Both the position numbers and the translations under genes were made by a program. A DNA stretch of 51,292 nt from an uncultured Candidatus Poseidoniales archaeon (GTDB lineage: Archaea > Thermoplasmatota > Poseidoniia > Poseidoniales > Thalassarchaeaceae), in contig CAXDMJ010000006.1 of the NCBI GenBank assembly GCA_963990035.1, forward strand, positions 1 to 51,292. Reading direction: 5' to 3'. Below, in pieces: positions 9,376-19,882 of this stretch. The notes beneath the pieces are model-generated. The model ran no database searches. It was not told the DNA's origin and worked only from the letters and a program-made list of their open reading frames with translations. Within the stretch, counting starts at the first letter, position 1. Each line of letters starts with the position of its first letter.

Positions 9376-10371
9376 ATGATAAATACAAGGCTGACGAAAG
9401 ATGCTGGTATTAGGTATCCTATTATCTGTGGTGCAATGTACCCCTGCTCGAATCCAGAGTTAGTTTCGGCAGCTTCTGAAGGTGGTGGTATAGCTATTTT
9501 ACAGCCAGTTTCTTTAACTATGGTTCATGGATTCGATAAACCCAATCGGAAGGAAGGCCTTAGAGCTGGAATTAGACATATCAGAACACTTACTGATAAA
9601 CCAATTGGATTTAATGCTTTAATAGAGAAGGGAAGTGAAAAATATATTCAACAAATGTCCGAATGGATTGATATTGCACTTGAGGAAGGAGTACTTTTCT
9701 ACGTAACCTCTCTAGGTAAACCGGATTGGGTTTGTGATAAAGTTCATGCCAAAGGAGGTGTCGTTTATCACGATGTCACTAATAGAAAATGGGCTGAGAA
9801 AGGTAAGGAGTGTGGAGTTGATGGTTTGATATGCGTCAACAATAGAGCAGGTGGACATTTAGGTGAATTTTCTATGGAGGAAATGTACGTGCAACTTTCA
9901 GACATGGGTCTTCCATTGATCTGTGCTGGTGGAGTTGGCAGTGAATTAGAATTAGCAAAGGCATTAAAGATTGGATATGATGGTGTTCAAATGGGTACTA
10001 GATTCATTGCTACTGATGAATGTACTACTCCTCAAGACTATAAAGATGCAATCATTAAAGCCAAAGAAGAAGATATTACATGGACTACCAAATTAACAGG
10101 AGTACCAATTTCAGTTATCAATAATAGTAAATTGAAAAAGAATAATTCGTGGCCTATCAGACGCCTACTTGATAGTAGATTCAAACATAGAATCAGAGTA
10201 CTCATTACTGCAATCTCTTTCTGGAGGATGAGAGCTTTTTCTAAAGGAAAGGGTAAATCATCGAAGGATTTATGGTCTGCTGGAAAAAGTGTAGAAACAG
10301 TGAATAGTATAGAATCCGCTACTGTTATCATGGAAAGATTGGGTAAATCTATTGATGGAGATATATTGTAG
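9376..10371 (+). CDS. Nitronate monooxygenase/FabK-like FMN oxidoreductase
   Basis: YPII.GAM, AGGH, AGGVG and GVQMGTRF motifs. Confidence 0.85.
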   Translation: MINTRLTKDAGIRYPIICGAMYPCSNPELVSAASEGGGIAILQPVSLTMVHGFDKPNRKEGLRAGIRHIRTLTDKPIGFNALIEKGSEKYIQQMSEWIDIALEEGVLFYVTSLGKPDWVCDKVHAKGGVVYHDVTNRKWAEKGKECGVDGLICVNNRAGGHLGEFSMEEMYVQLSDMGLPLICAGGVGSELELAKALKIGYDGVQMGTRFIATDECTTPQDYKDAIIKAKEEDITWTTKLTGVPISVINNSKLKKNNSWPIRRLLDSRFKHRIRVLITAISFWRMRAFSKGKGKSSKDLWSAGKSVETVNSIESATVIMERLGKSIDGDIL

Positions 10372-11403
10372 ATGGATACTTCTAAACCAAGTCATAGATC
10401 ACGACTTAAAGCAGCAGTTTATCAGAAAACTCCTGCACCTCTGCTTCCGAGTAAACCGAAGGTTTTGACAGCATTAATAACCATTCAAATTATTGCACTG
10501 ATAATATCTCCTAGTTGGAGAGATTATAATACCGCATGGGTAATTTTTGGTGCATCAATTCCAGTTGCTGGTTGGTTAATTCTGAGATGGAGGATATATT
10601 CTTCAGTATTCATCACACCACCAAGAATCATAAATAGAATTAGTGATCCTAGATGGGAAGAATTTGCTTACAAAGGATGGGGAGAAGAAAATATGAAAGC
10701 TCATTTACTTAGGTCTGAAATAGAAAGTGAAGACACGATATTATATCTCCATGGATACAATTCAAACCTTGGAAATGGAGAGTCTAGATGTTTACATATG
10801 AACTCAATTGGACTGAATGTTATTGGATTAGATCAAAGAGGATTTGGTGAGCAAAAAGGGAAATATGAATGGACGATTCTTAAAGTAATTGCAGATATTG
10901 AACTATTACTTGAAAGAATTCCTTCAATATTGGGATATACACCTGATAAACTTTGGATATATGGACATTCAATGGGCGGTTTTCTATCAATTAGGCTCTC
11001 TTCGCACCTATCTGGATGGTGGGGTGAATCGCTAAGTGGTGTAATTCTAGAATCCCCAGTGACATCTTTTCCATTAATAATTGAGAAAAAATTACCTGGT
11101 AGAGCGGTAATGGCCAGCCCATGGGTACGGCATATACTGAGAAGAGAGTACCAGCGCATACATCCGGATCTTAATATTGGATATGCAAATTCCCAGATTC
11201 CATTTTGGGGTTTACCAAAAGTTCCAATTCTTGTTATGCAAGCTGCAAATGATGAAACATTAGGTGATGAGCACTTTGACCTATTAATGAAACATTTTGA
11301 GACCATTGCGGAAATTAATGTCTTAGATGATATGCCGCATACTTCAAAAGTTGATATCGAGGAACGAAGAAATATTCTTGAGAAATGGTTAAAAATCCAT
11401 TAG
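10372..11403 (+). CDS. Membrane-anchored alpha/beta hydrolase
   Basis: Two N-terminal hydrophobic helices; LHGY, DQRGFG, GHSMGG nucleophile elbow, and C-terminal D/H. Confidence 0.88.
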   Translation: MDTSKPSHRSRLKAAVYQKTPAPLLPSKPKVLTALITIQIIALIISPSWRDYNTAWVIFGASIPVAGWLILRWRIYSSVFITPPRIINRISDPRWEEFAYKGWGEENMKAHLLRSEIESEDTILYLHGYNSNLGNGESRCLHMNSIGLNVIGLDQRGFGEQKGKYEWTILKVIADIELLLERIPSILGYTPDKLWIYGHSMGGFLSIRLSSHLSGWWGESLSGVILESPVTSFPLIIEKKLPGRAVMASPWVRHILRREYQRIHPDLNIGYANSQIPFWGLPKVPILVMQAANDETLGDEHFDLLMKHFETIAEINVLDDMPHTSKVDIEERRNILEKWLKIH

Positions 11404-11466
11404 TAATTATCTCGTTTGATTTGAGCGACTATATTAGTCCTTTAATCTGGTATTCGGCTTATATGT

Positions 11467-12717
11467 CTATGAACTTATTGACTTTGTAGAAGATAATCGC
11501 GACTCTTCTAAAATTGGTATATGTATGATAGCTGAGAATATTCCTGCTGCTATTCCAACCCACCAAACGAATGTATATGACCCATATATGTCGTATAGAA
11601 CACCTCCTAGCCAAACACCAATGAAGCTGCCCAATTGATGTGAGAAGAATACAATTCCATACAGTGTCCCCATATATTTTAATCCGTAGATATGAGCTAC
11701 TAATCCACTAGTTAGAGGGACTGTTGCTAACCAAAGGAATCCCATGGAAAATGAGAATATTAATACTGAATCTGGAGAAACTGGTGTTAATATAAACCAT
11801 GTCGCTGCTATTGAACGGCCTAGATATATGCCTGAAAGTAACCATTTTTTAGAATATCTTTTTCCAGCCCAGCCTGCTACTAATGTGCCCAGAATATTAG
11901 AAAAACCTATGATTGAAATAGCAAACCCTCCTAATGCTGCTGTAGTTTCTATACCCAAACCACCACACCAACCACTAGCATCAATTGGTGAACTCATTTC
12001 AGTAACTAATGCTGGGAAATGTGCAGTTATGAATGCAAGTTGATAACCACAGGAAAAGAAACCAACGAAAATCATGGAAAATGAAGGATCCTTAAATGCT
12101 AACTTTAAGATATCAGTCATACTTTCTTCTATCTGCTCCTTACTAGCCATTTCAGGGGCTCGCATAAATGGTAATAGTAATAATGTACTGAGAATCGCTA
12201 TTGAAAATATTAGGAATACTGATTGCCATGGCATTTGTTCTAGTAATCCTACTGCAACTGGTGGTCCTACTACTTGACCTAGTGATCCAGCAGCAGTAGC
12301 TATTGCCAGACTCATTGAACGATGCTCATCAGCACTCGCTCTTCCAACAACTGCTAGTATGACACCAAAACCTGTTCCAGCAACACCAAATCCAACTAAG
12401 ATCCCATAAATTTGATGTTCTATAGGTGTAGTAGCTCCGGCAGATAGTATCAATCCTAAAGAATATAATATAGCGCCAATAATTATTGCCTTTCTATCTC
12501 CAATTTTCTCAGCAATTGCACCAAAAAACGGTTGTCCAAATCCCCAAGCTAGATTTTGAATTGCAATTGCAAGACTGAATTCTGCTCGAGGCCAGCCGTA
12601 TTCAAGAGAGATTGGAATTTGGAAGATTCCATATGTTGCTCTTATTCCAAAACCAATCAATATTATGAGACAACCTGATATTAATACTGGAGTGAAAAGT
12701 GTATTCCTCTTCTCCAT
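11467..12717 (-). CDS. MFS transporter
   Basis: About 12 TM helices; GAIAEKIGDRK motif A-like sequence; FFSCGYQ and HQLGSF motifs; ATG at 12717 preferred. Confidence 0.9.
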   Translation of the reverse strand: MEKRNTLFTPVLISGCLIILIGFGIRATYGIFQIPISLEYGWPRAEFSLAIAIQNLAWGFGQPFFGAIAEKIGDRKAIIIGAILYSLGLILSAGATTPIEHQIYGILVGFGVAGTGFGVILAVVGRASADEHRSMSLAIATAAGSLGQVVGPPVAVGLLEQMPWQSVFLIFSIAILSTLLLLPFMRAPEMASKEQIEESMTDILKLAFKDPSFSMIFVGFFSCGYQLAFITAHFPALVTEMSSPIDASGWCGGLGIETTAALGGFAISIIGFSNILGTLVAGWAGKRYSKKWLLSGIYLGRSIAATWFILTPVSPDSVLIFSFSMGFLWLATVPLTSGLVAHIYGLKYMGTLYGIVFFSHQLGSFIGVWLGGVLYDIYGSYTFVWWVGIAAGIFSAIIHIPILEESRLSSTKSISS

Positions 12718-12841
12718 ATGTTTGGGTAATTTAAGACGCAATTAAGAATATCTATTCTAATCCCTGTAATTAGACAATGAATATAGGAAACAGCCAAATA
12801 ATTTTGTCCATAACAAAAGTCTATCAGTGTGAGGGTAGACT

Positions 12842-13093
12842 ATGGTAAATGATAAAATAGAAAAATTCCTAAATAATGATATTATTAAATCATTCATATT
12901 TTATTCAATATTCAGAGCATTTTATGGGGCAGGCATTCTATTGGTTACTTGGTTGTTCGCCACAAAGAGTGAAGCACCAATTTGGGTATCAATTGTATTT
13001 TTATTATTCTCAATGGTGTTTTCAAGAATACTATTGAAAAGAATCAAAGCATATCAATCTTCTAAAGGAGATGTAGGTAAAGATTCTAAATAG
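12842..13093 (+). CDS. Hypothetical small membrane protein
   Basis: 83 aa ORF with two hydrophobic helices. Confidence 0.6.
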   Translation: MVNDKIEKFLNNDIIKSFIFYSIFRAFYGAGILLVTWLFATKSEAPIWVSIVFLLFSMVFSRILLKRIKAYQSSKGDVGKDSK

Positions 13094-14165
13094 TTTCATC
13101 TAATGAATCATTTTCTTCCTGTCTGATCTTAGCAAGTTCCCGCATATCTTCGTGGTGGTGACCTTCCTCAATAGCATCTTGGTCATCCTCATCGACAATT
13201 TCAACACCAAGTAATGTTTCAATTATATCTTCCATCGTTACTAAACCAACAGTGCCGCCAAACTCATCTTCAACAATCAAGATTTGTTCTTTATTATCAA
13301 GTAAAATATCTAATGCCTTATCCACTGAATCAATATCTCTACATGGATGAATTGTCCTGGATATATCACTCATTAAGATATCGTCATGATCTGCCGCTGC
13401 TTCTCTGAGTATGTCGCTTCGCAATACCATTCCTTGAATCTCATCTATATTTTGATTAATTGTTACTGGCATTCGACCATGAATCATAATTGGTATACGT
13501 TCCAATACTTGTGAAACCGTTTGATTGCCTGAAACCGTTTCCATGACAACTCTTGGAGTCATGATAGAGGCAACTGTTCTTTCTCTTAAACCGAGTAAGT
13601 TCTGAATTACCTTTTCTTCATCTCTTTCAATTACTTGCGTTTCTTCTGCAATATCAGCAAGATGTGATAATTCATCTCTGGTTACTGCCTCATTTTGAAT
13701 ATCAGGGAATAACGACCTAATTATCTCAATAGGATATACAATTGGCCAAAGTAAGAGTATTAATATTCGCAAAATTCTTGCTGAACTTACAGTTAATTTC
13801 CTCCAATATAGTGCACCTATTGTTTTAGGTAAAATTTCACTCAGTAGCAATATAGCCAGTGTAAGTAATGATGCTGATATCGCTAAAGCATATGCATCTT
13901 CTCCATATATCTTACCGACCTCATGTCCAACACCTAAAGCACCAACAGTGTGAGCGATTGTATTCAGAGTTAGTATGGCTGTTAGAGGCCCTTCTGGATC
14001 TTCTTTGAATTCACTCCAGGTTTTACTTATTTTAGGATGAGTGTCTTTCAAGGCAACAATATGCCCATGAGTTGTGGATAGCAAAACGGCCTCAAGTATA
14101 CTACAAAGGAACGAAGCGCCCAGTGCTATTAATGCGTAAATAATAATTAATGTTTCTGATTCCAA
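13086..14165 (-). CDS. CNNM (DUF21)/CBS-domain hemolysin-family membrane protein
   Basis: SFLCSILEA, ILTLNTIAHT, SEILPK, IMTPR and DEFGGTVGLVTMED motifs. Confidence 0.9.
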   Translation of the reverse strand: MESETLIIIYALIALGASFLCSILEAVLLSTTHGHIVALKDTHPKISKTWSEFKEDPEGPLTAILTLNTIAHTVGALGVGHEVGKIYGEDAYALAISASLLTLAILLLSEILPKTIGALYWRKLTVSSARILRILILLLWPIVYPIEIIRSLFPDIQNEAVTRDELSHLADIAEETQVIERDEEKVIQNLLGLRERTVASIMTPRVVMETVSGNQTVSQVLERIPIMIHGRMPVTINQNIDEIQGMVLRSDILREAAADHDDILMSDISRTIHPCRDIDSVDKALDILLDNKEQILIVEDEFGGTVGLVTMEDIIETLLGVEIVDEDDQDAIEEGHHHEDMRELAKIRQEENDSLDETI

Positions 14166-14265
14166 TTTTTTTGCCTCTGAGAGTACTTTTTTTAGTGAAT
14201 AAAAATTTATGTTGCCGGTTAAGTTGCTCGGCTGCGGACCTAAGAGAGGCGATTAAGACATAAAC

Positions 14266-16488
14266 ATGGTGCCTCAGGCATTTGTTTGTAAGAACAGTTG
14301 GGAGGTGAGAGAAATCGATTATGTTGCTATATTTATGGCTTGGCCATATGCTAATGGACCATTGCATTTAGGCCATGTTGCAGGTAATTGTTTACCTGCT
14401 GATATACAATATAGGTATGAACGATCTAGAGGTCGTGCTGTCATAATGTGTAGTGGATCAGACGAACATGGCACACCCATTACAGTAACTGCAGAACAGG
14501 AAAATGTCGGTCCTCAAGAAATAGTAGATCGCTTCCATTCTATTAATACTAAGGCATTAATTGATTTAGGTTGCTCATGGGATAATAATGTAGACCTTAG
14601 AGGTAAAGAATATGGTGGCGCGTTGTATAATCGTACAACTGATCCCAGACATAAACAATTAGTCCAGGAATATTTTTCAGAATTACATGCATCTGGATTC
14701 CTTAAGAAACAAACTATGCAACAATATTGTTCTATAAGTTCTAATGGTAAAACTAAATTCTTACCTGATAGATACGTTGAGGGTCAATGTCCCGTTTGTA
14801 ATGAAGATGGCGCCAGAGGGGACCAGTGTGACGAGTGTGGTTCCACATACGAATCTAATGAATTAGTTAATCCTCGCTCAAAAATGGATCCTGATGCGAA
14901 AATTGAGATTAGAGATACTGATCACTTCTTCTTCCAATTAAATGAGTTTCAAGATCAACTTGAGATTCATGCTGCGAGTAAACAAACTATTTGGAAGCCT
15001 AACGTCCGAGCCATGACTAAAAATTGGCTTGATATGGGTTTGAGACCTAGAGCTGTTACTCGAGATATGGAGTGGGGTATTGAGTTACCGTTACTCGATG
15101 ACGATATGCAATCAAAGAGAATATATGTTTGGTTTGAAGCGGTTCAGGGTTACTTAACCTGTTCAAGAATTTGGGCGGAAAATTATTCTAATCCTGATGA
15201 CTGGGAAAAATGGTGGAAAAAAGATGAAAATGGTGTTGAACCTAAACATATTTATTTCATGGGTAAAGATAACATTCCATTCCATACAGTGATATGGCCC
15301 GCTATAATAATGGGTCTTAATTCTGCTAAATCTGGTGAAAAACCTAATGCTAATATTTCTGTTGGGGATTTAGTTCTTGAATCTAATGTTCCAGCGATGG
15401 AGTTTTTAATGCTCCAAGGCGGACAATTTAGTAAAAGTCGTAAACATGCTGTTTGGTTGCCTTCCTTCCTAGAAAATCATGACCCAGATACATTGCGATA
15501 TTTCTTATCAATTAATATGCCTGAAGGACATGATACTGACTTCCGATGGGAGGAATATGTTGACAAAGTTAACAATGAATTAATTGGAACATATGGTAAT
15601 TTTGTACACCGAGTAATGACACTTGCACACAGACTTGATGCAAAGGATGGTACGAATCCGCTATCTCGATATATTGGAATGAAAGACATGAAAGATTCGG
15701 AGTTAAAAATTAATGAATTATTATCCAATGCTATTCAGTCTATGGAAAAACAACGTTTCAAAGAAGCATTAAGATCAATAATGAATATTTCCCAGTTAGG
15801 TAATGGATTGATTCAACACTCAGAACCATGGAAATATCTCAATGCTGACGATTCAAATGAAAAATCTGAATCTATGGCGACATTAGCTTTCTGCTGGCAA
15901 ATTTGCAAGGGACTATCTGTTACTCTAAGACCATTTATCCCTTTTCAATCAGACAAGTTATGGACAATGCTAGGTGAAATCGGTAAATTAGATGATATTC
16001 TCTATGAAAATGCATTTAATTTCAGTTCAGATTTATCCTGGAATGATGAAAAACCAATGCCATTATTTACTAGACTTGATATAGAAAATATACTTGAGCG
16101 TGAAAAGTCGATAGCCGGTAAAGGCGATATGGCAGATGAGAATGAAGAAAAGGATGTGGAATATATCGAATTTGAAGATTTTATGAAAGTAGAAATGAAA
16201 ACTGGGAAAGTAATTGCAATTGATGACCATCCTAATGCTGACAAATTATATGTTGTCACCATAGAAGATGGACCTGATTCAACTAGAACAGTTTGCGCTG
16301 GACTCAAAGGAATATACAAAAAAGAGCAATTACTTGGGAAACAAGTAGTATTTGTAGCGAATCTAAAACCAAGAAAGCTTCGTGGAATTATGTCAGAAGG
16401 GATGATATTGGCTGCTGATGATGGTGAGGGGAAAGTCTCAGTTTTGACATTAGATGGTGATATGCCAACTGGTTCACAAGTCAGATGA
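14266..16488 (+). CDS. metG: Methionine--tRNA ligase with C-terminal tRNA-binding domain (start codon uncertain)
   Basis: PYANGPLHLGH, DEHGTP, Zn knuckle CPVC..GDQCDEC, FSKS, and C-terminal HPNADKL...SEGMIL. Confidence 0.97.
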   Translation: MVPQAFVCKNSWEVREIDYVAIFMAWPYANGPLHLGHVAGNCLPADIQYRYERSRGRAVIMCSGSDEHGTPITVTAEQENVGPQEIVDRFHSINTKALIDLGCSWDNNVDLRGKEYGGALYNRTTDPRHKQLVQEYFSELHASGFLKKQTMQQYCSISSNGKTKFLPDRYVEGQCPVCNEDGARGDQCDECGSTYESNELVNPRSKMDPDAKIEIRDTDHFFFQLNEFQDQLEIHAASKQTIWKPNVRAMTKNWLDMGLRPRAVTRDMEWGIELPLLDDDMQSKRIYVWFEAVQGYLTCSRIWAENYSNPDDWEKWWKKDENGVEPKHIYFMGKDNIPFHTVIWPAIIMGLNSAKSGEKPNANISVGDLVLESNVPAMEFLMLQGGQFSKSRKHAVWLPSFLENHDPDTLRYFLSINMPEGHDTDFRWEEYVDKVNNELIGTYGNFVHRVMTLAHRLDAKDGTNPLSRYIGMKDMKDSELKINELLSNAIQSMEKQRFKEALRSIMNISQLGNGLIQHSEPWKYLNADDSNEKSESMATLAFCWQICKGLSVTLRPFIPFQSDKLWTMLGEIGKLDDILYENAFNFSSDLSWNDEKPMPLFTRLDIENILEREKSIAGKGDMADENEEKDVEYIEFEDFMKVEMKTGKVIAIDDHPNADKLYVVTIEDGPDSTRTVCAGLKGIYKKEQLLGKQVVFVANLKPRKLRGIMSEGMILAADDGEGKVSVLTLDGDMPTGSQVR

Positions 16489-17019
16489 GTCCGGTTTATC
16501 AAAAAATTCCCATTGAATCTCTGCCAGTTCTGCATTATTTTTTGCTTTAGAATATGCTTCTAATGGCTGTTCATTTAGGTGGAAGAAAGAATCTGCAAAT
16601 CTGAATGGCTTCATTATTTCTTTAGCTTGTTCCCATCTGTCTATTAGTACTAAACTGAGTGCCAATGCTTCTGCAGTTGAAAGCCTTCCAGGCTTACCCC
16701 AAGATACAGGATTTGCCGCTAATACGCAAGGTAATGTTCTTCCATCTAGCCTTGTGTTCCTTTGAATAAACTCTAATGAACTATCTATTTGCTTCCATGA
16801 ACAATCTAAAGCGACGATTGATGCTCCTCTTTCTATAGTATTTCTATCATCAGGGCCGACAAGTATACCTGCCTTAGGATCTAATAACAAACCTCTTTTG
16901 GGAGTTTTTTTGATGTTTGTGTGTAGAATTGCATGTCCGAATTTATGCAATCTTCTTGCTGTACATTTCTTTGGATCATCTTGATCTAGGTGAATAATAT
17001 GTAGTGGAACATCATCCAC
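16474..17019 (-). CDS. tsr3: 16S rRNA aminocarboxypropyltransferase (Tsr3/DUF367)
   Basis: QDDPKKCT, LDCSW, R.LP..LAANPV..G...LSTAEA motifs. Confidence 0.9.
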   Translation of the reverse strand: MDDVPLHIIHLDQDDPKKCTARRLHKFGHAILHTNIKKTPKRGLLLDPKAGILVGPDDRNTIERGASIVALDCSWKQIDSSLEFIQRNTRLDGRTLPCVLAANPVSWGKPGRLSTAEALALSLVLIDRWEQAKEIMKPFRFADSFFHLNEQPLEAYSKAKNNAELAEIQWEFFDKPDSSDL

Positions 17020-17519
17020 TATTCTTCCCTCCGAGATAGTAAATCTTCGAGAGCATCTCCTATTGTCATATTTCTTTTAACTGTATTAATCGCACTAGTA
17101 TGTTCTGAATCTCTTTCTATATTCAGTTCAATTGATAATATTTTTTCAATCTTCGAAATTAATTTATCTGTAGGTCTCCCACCATTTTCTACTTTTTGAA
17201 CTATATTCAATCTTTCATTCATTTTTGAAGCAAATTTCCGCTGATCCCATCCTTTTGCTTTGCGTGCTTCAATTATTCTTTTATGGAAATCAGGTGCTAA
17301 TTCAGTAGATTTTTTTGCCATAATATCTTTTCCTGCTATACCTCTACTTGTCACAGTATTGACTTTATTACTGCGCACTTTAGAGAAAGTTCTTGGTAGT
17401 TCAACCACTTGTAGATTCATAGACTCAATACATCTGCTGCAAGCCTCTACTTGTATGCCCGCAGTACGTGCTTTTTTTGTAGAAATTTTCTCATTCCCAC
17501 ATAACTCGCAAGATGCCAT
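17019..17519 (-). CDS. mbf1: Archaeal multiprotein bridging factor 1 (Zn ribbon + HTH)
   Basis: CELCG...CSRC ribbon, C-terminal HTH and TIGD motif; divergent from pan; ATG at 17519 preferred. Confidence 0.85.
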   Translation of the reverse strand: MASCELCGNEKISTKKARTAGIQVEACSRCIESMNLQVVELPRTFSKVRSNKVNTVTSRGIAGKDIMAKKSTELAPDFHKRIIEARKAKGWDQRKFASKMNERLNIVQKVENGGRPTDKLISKIEKILSIELNIERDSEHTSAINTVKRNMTIGDALEDLLSRREE

Positions 17520-17594
17520 ATTACTGGGAGTGCGAGGTGATACAAGACTGCTTCGGATAATAAGCGTCAAATGTAGGTGGCATTAGGTCACGTT

Positions 17595-18833
17595 ATGGCA
17601 AGTCGAGCCGGGTCACCCCCGAAGGATAAATCATTAACAGATTCCGCACAAGAAACTGTCACTGAACTTGACTTAAAGGAACTAAAAGAACAGTATTCTT
17701 TACTAGCAGATGATGCTAAACAATTGATGACTGAAAAAATGTATCTTGAAAATGAATTAAGTCAACTAAAGAAAAGATTGAATAGGCTCGACGAAGAAAT
17801 CAGAAGCCTTCGTACTCCACCCTATATTATCGGAAACATACAAGATGTAGTTGGTGAAAAGGTAGTAGTTAGGAGTTCTAATGGGACTATATTTTTGGTA
17901 TCTAAAAATCCTAGGATTGATTCATCTAAAATCCAGCCCGGTGTTCGAGTATCAATGAATCAAGATACATTAGCTGTAATTGATGTATTAGACGAAGCAT
18001 TTGATCCATTAGTCTCTGGAGCTGAGATAATTGAAAAACCGAACGTTAAGTATTCTGATCTTGGAGGTCTAGATGAACAGATTAGAGAAATTAGAGATGC
18101 AATTGAATTATCATTAGAAAAACCTGAAGAATTTAAGAAATTTGGCATTCAACCTCCAAAAGGTGTACTATTAACTGGGCCTCCTGGTACTGGTAAGACA
18201 ATGTTGGCGAAAGCAGTTGCAAGTCAAACAAATGCAACATTTCTCGGTTTAGTTGGCTCAGAGTTAGCTCAAAAATATATTGGTGAAGGCGGCAGAATGG
18301 TTCGAGAACTTTTTTCACTAGCTAGAAAAAGAGCACCTTGCATCATATTTATTGATGAAATAGATGCTATTGGTTCAAAGAGGTTAGATTCATCAACCTC
18401 AGGAGATAGAGAGGTTCAGCGTACACTCATGCAACTATTGTCTGAATTAGATGGTTTTGATTCCTTAGAAAATGTCAAAGTGATTGCTGCTACAAATAGG
18501 CCTGAACTACTTGACAAAGCGTTACTCAGACCAGGGAGATTTGATAGAATTGTAGAGATACCTCTCCCTGACACAGAAGGTAGGGAAGCTATCCTCAAAG
18601 TTCATGCTAAGAATATGCCTCTTAATAAGAATGTAGATTTTGCTAAATTGTCTATAATTACTGAAGGTTATAGTGGTGCTGAATTAAAGGCAATTACAAT
18701 CGATGTAGGTATGAATGCAATTTCGCAAGGTGTAAAAATTTGTAAAATGTCTCATTTTAAAGAAGCAATTTCTTCTATCGATAGTAAAAGAAAAGGTTCT
18801 CAAAACGATAGCCCAGATCGCCTATATGGATGA
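17595..18833 (+). CDS. pan: Proteasome-activating nucleotidase
   Basis: N-terminal coiled coil, PKGVLL.GPPGTGKT, FIDEIDA, GDREVQRT, LLRPGRFDR, and C-terminal LYG (HbYX). Confidence 0.95.
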   Translation: MASRAGSPPKDKSLTDSAQETVTELDLKELKEQYSLLADDAKQLMTEKMYLENELSQLKKRLNRLDEEIRSLRTPPYIIGNIQDVVGEKVVVRSSNGTIFLVSKNPRIDSSKIQPGVRVSMNQDTLAVIDVLDEAFDPLVSGAEIIEKPNVKYSDLGGLDEQIREIRDAIELSLEKPEEFKKFGIQPPKGVLLTGPPGTGKTMLAKAVASQTNATFLGLVGSELAQKYIGEGGRMVRELFSLARKRAPCIIFIDEIDAIGSKRLDSSTSGDREVQRTLMQLLSELDGFDSLENVKVIAATNRPELLDKALLRPGRFDRIVEIPLPDTEGREAILKVHAKNMPLNKNVDFAKLSIITEGYSGAELKAITIDVGMNAISQGVKICKMSHFKEAISSIDSKRKGSQNDSPDRLYG

Positions 18834-19882
18834 GTGGTTTTCTAATGAGCGATATACTAATTGAATGCGTCCCTAATATCAGTGAAGGGCGAAATATCGA
18901 TGTTATTGACGCTATTGTTGATTCCGCCAGATCTGTAGAGGGAGCCTTTATTTTGGGTTGTGAGGCTGATTCTGACTACAATCGGACTGTAATCACAATT
19001 GCAGGCGAACCAGAAGCAGTCACAAAAGCAGCATATCAACTGATTCTCAAATCATCAGAGTTAATCGATATGCGAAATCACAAGGGAAATCATCCAAGAA
19101 TGGGAGCTGTTGATGTATGTCCTTTCGTACCATTATCTGAAGGTTCAATGGATTATTGTGTCGAAGCAGCGCGTAATTTATCTAATTTAATTGATAAGAA
19201 ATTCCCTATATTTTTATATGGTGAGGCTGCAAGTAGTACTTCAAGAAAATCTCTTTCTTCTTTAAGAAAACAGGGTTATGAAGGCTTAGAATCTCGTTTT
19301 AATGGAGGCGACTGGAAAGATGAAAATACAAGATTACCCGACTCGTGGTCTGGTTCATGGAACACTATTGAGAGCCGTTTTGGTGCAATAGCAATAGGTG
19401 CAAGAAACATTTTAGTTGCATATAATGTGAATGTCAATGAAAAAGATGCCAAAGCTTCAAAAATTGCGGGTTCAATTATCCGTACCTCTGGAAGACTAAT
19501 AAAAAAAGGTGAAAAGAAATTTAGAATCTCTGGAATGCTAGATCATGTTCAAGGAATGGGGGTGCCATTACCATCCTCATCAATATCACAAGTTTCAATG
19601 AATTTACAAAATGTTTCAGAAACCCCAATGCATATGGCATTTGAAGCTGTTAAATCGATTGTTAATGACCATGGAATTGAAACCTGCGGTTCAGAATTGG
19701 TTGGCTTAGTTCCATTAAGTGCTATGCTAGAGTCAGGTCAATGGTTTCACCAAGATCCAAGTAATGCCACTGATGAGGAATTAGTTGATTCAGCAATAGA
19801 AGGTCTTGGTCTCGATTATCTCAAAGAATTTGATTCAGAGTCTAGCATTATTGAATGGGCTATTAGGAAGGAAGTGAATTGA
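18830..19882 (+). CDS. ftcD: Glutamate formiminotransferase
   Basis: IECVPNISEGR, HPRMGAVDVCPFVP, GAR..LVAYNVN, QVSMNL and SELVGLVP motifs. Confidence 0.93.
   Translation: MSGFLMSDILIECVPNISEGRNIDVIDAIVDSARSVEGAFILGCEADSDYNRTVITIAGEPEAVTKAAYQLILKSSELIDMRNHKGNHPRMGAVDVCPFVPLSEGSMDYCVEAARNLSNLIDKKFPIFLYGEAASSTSRKSLSSLRKQGYEGLESRFNGGDWKDENTRLPDSWSGSWNTIESRFGAIAIGARNILVAYNVNVNEKDAKASKIAGSIIRTSGRLIKKGEKKFRISGMLDHVQGMGVPLPSSSISQVSMNLQNVSETPMHMAFEAVKSIVNDHGIETCGSELVGLVPLSAMLESGQWFHQDPSNATDEELVDSAIEGLGLDYLKEFDSESSIIEWAIRKEVN

Noticed and set aside
14205-14285. SAM-I riboswitch or T-box upstream of metG (AAGAGAGGCG and ATGGTGCC fragments)
   Set aside because: Core elements (AUC in P1, kink-turn/pseudoknot, correctly oriented GCAACC, T-box UGGNACC) could not be assembled. 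An Rfam/Infernal scan would settle it.
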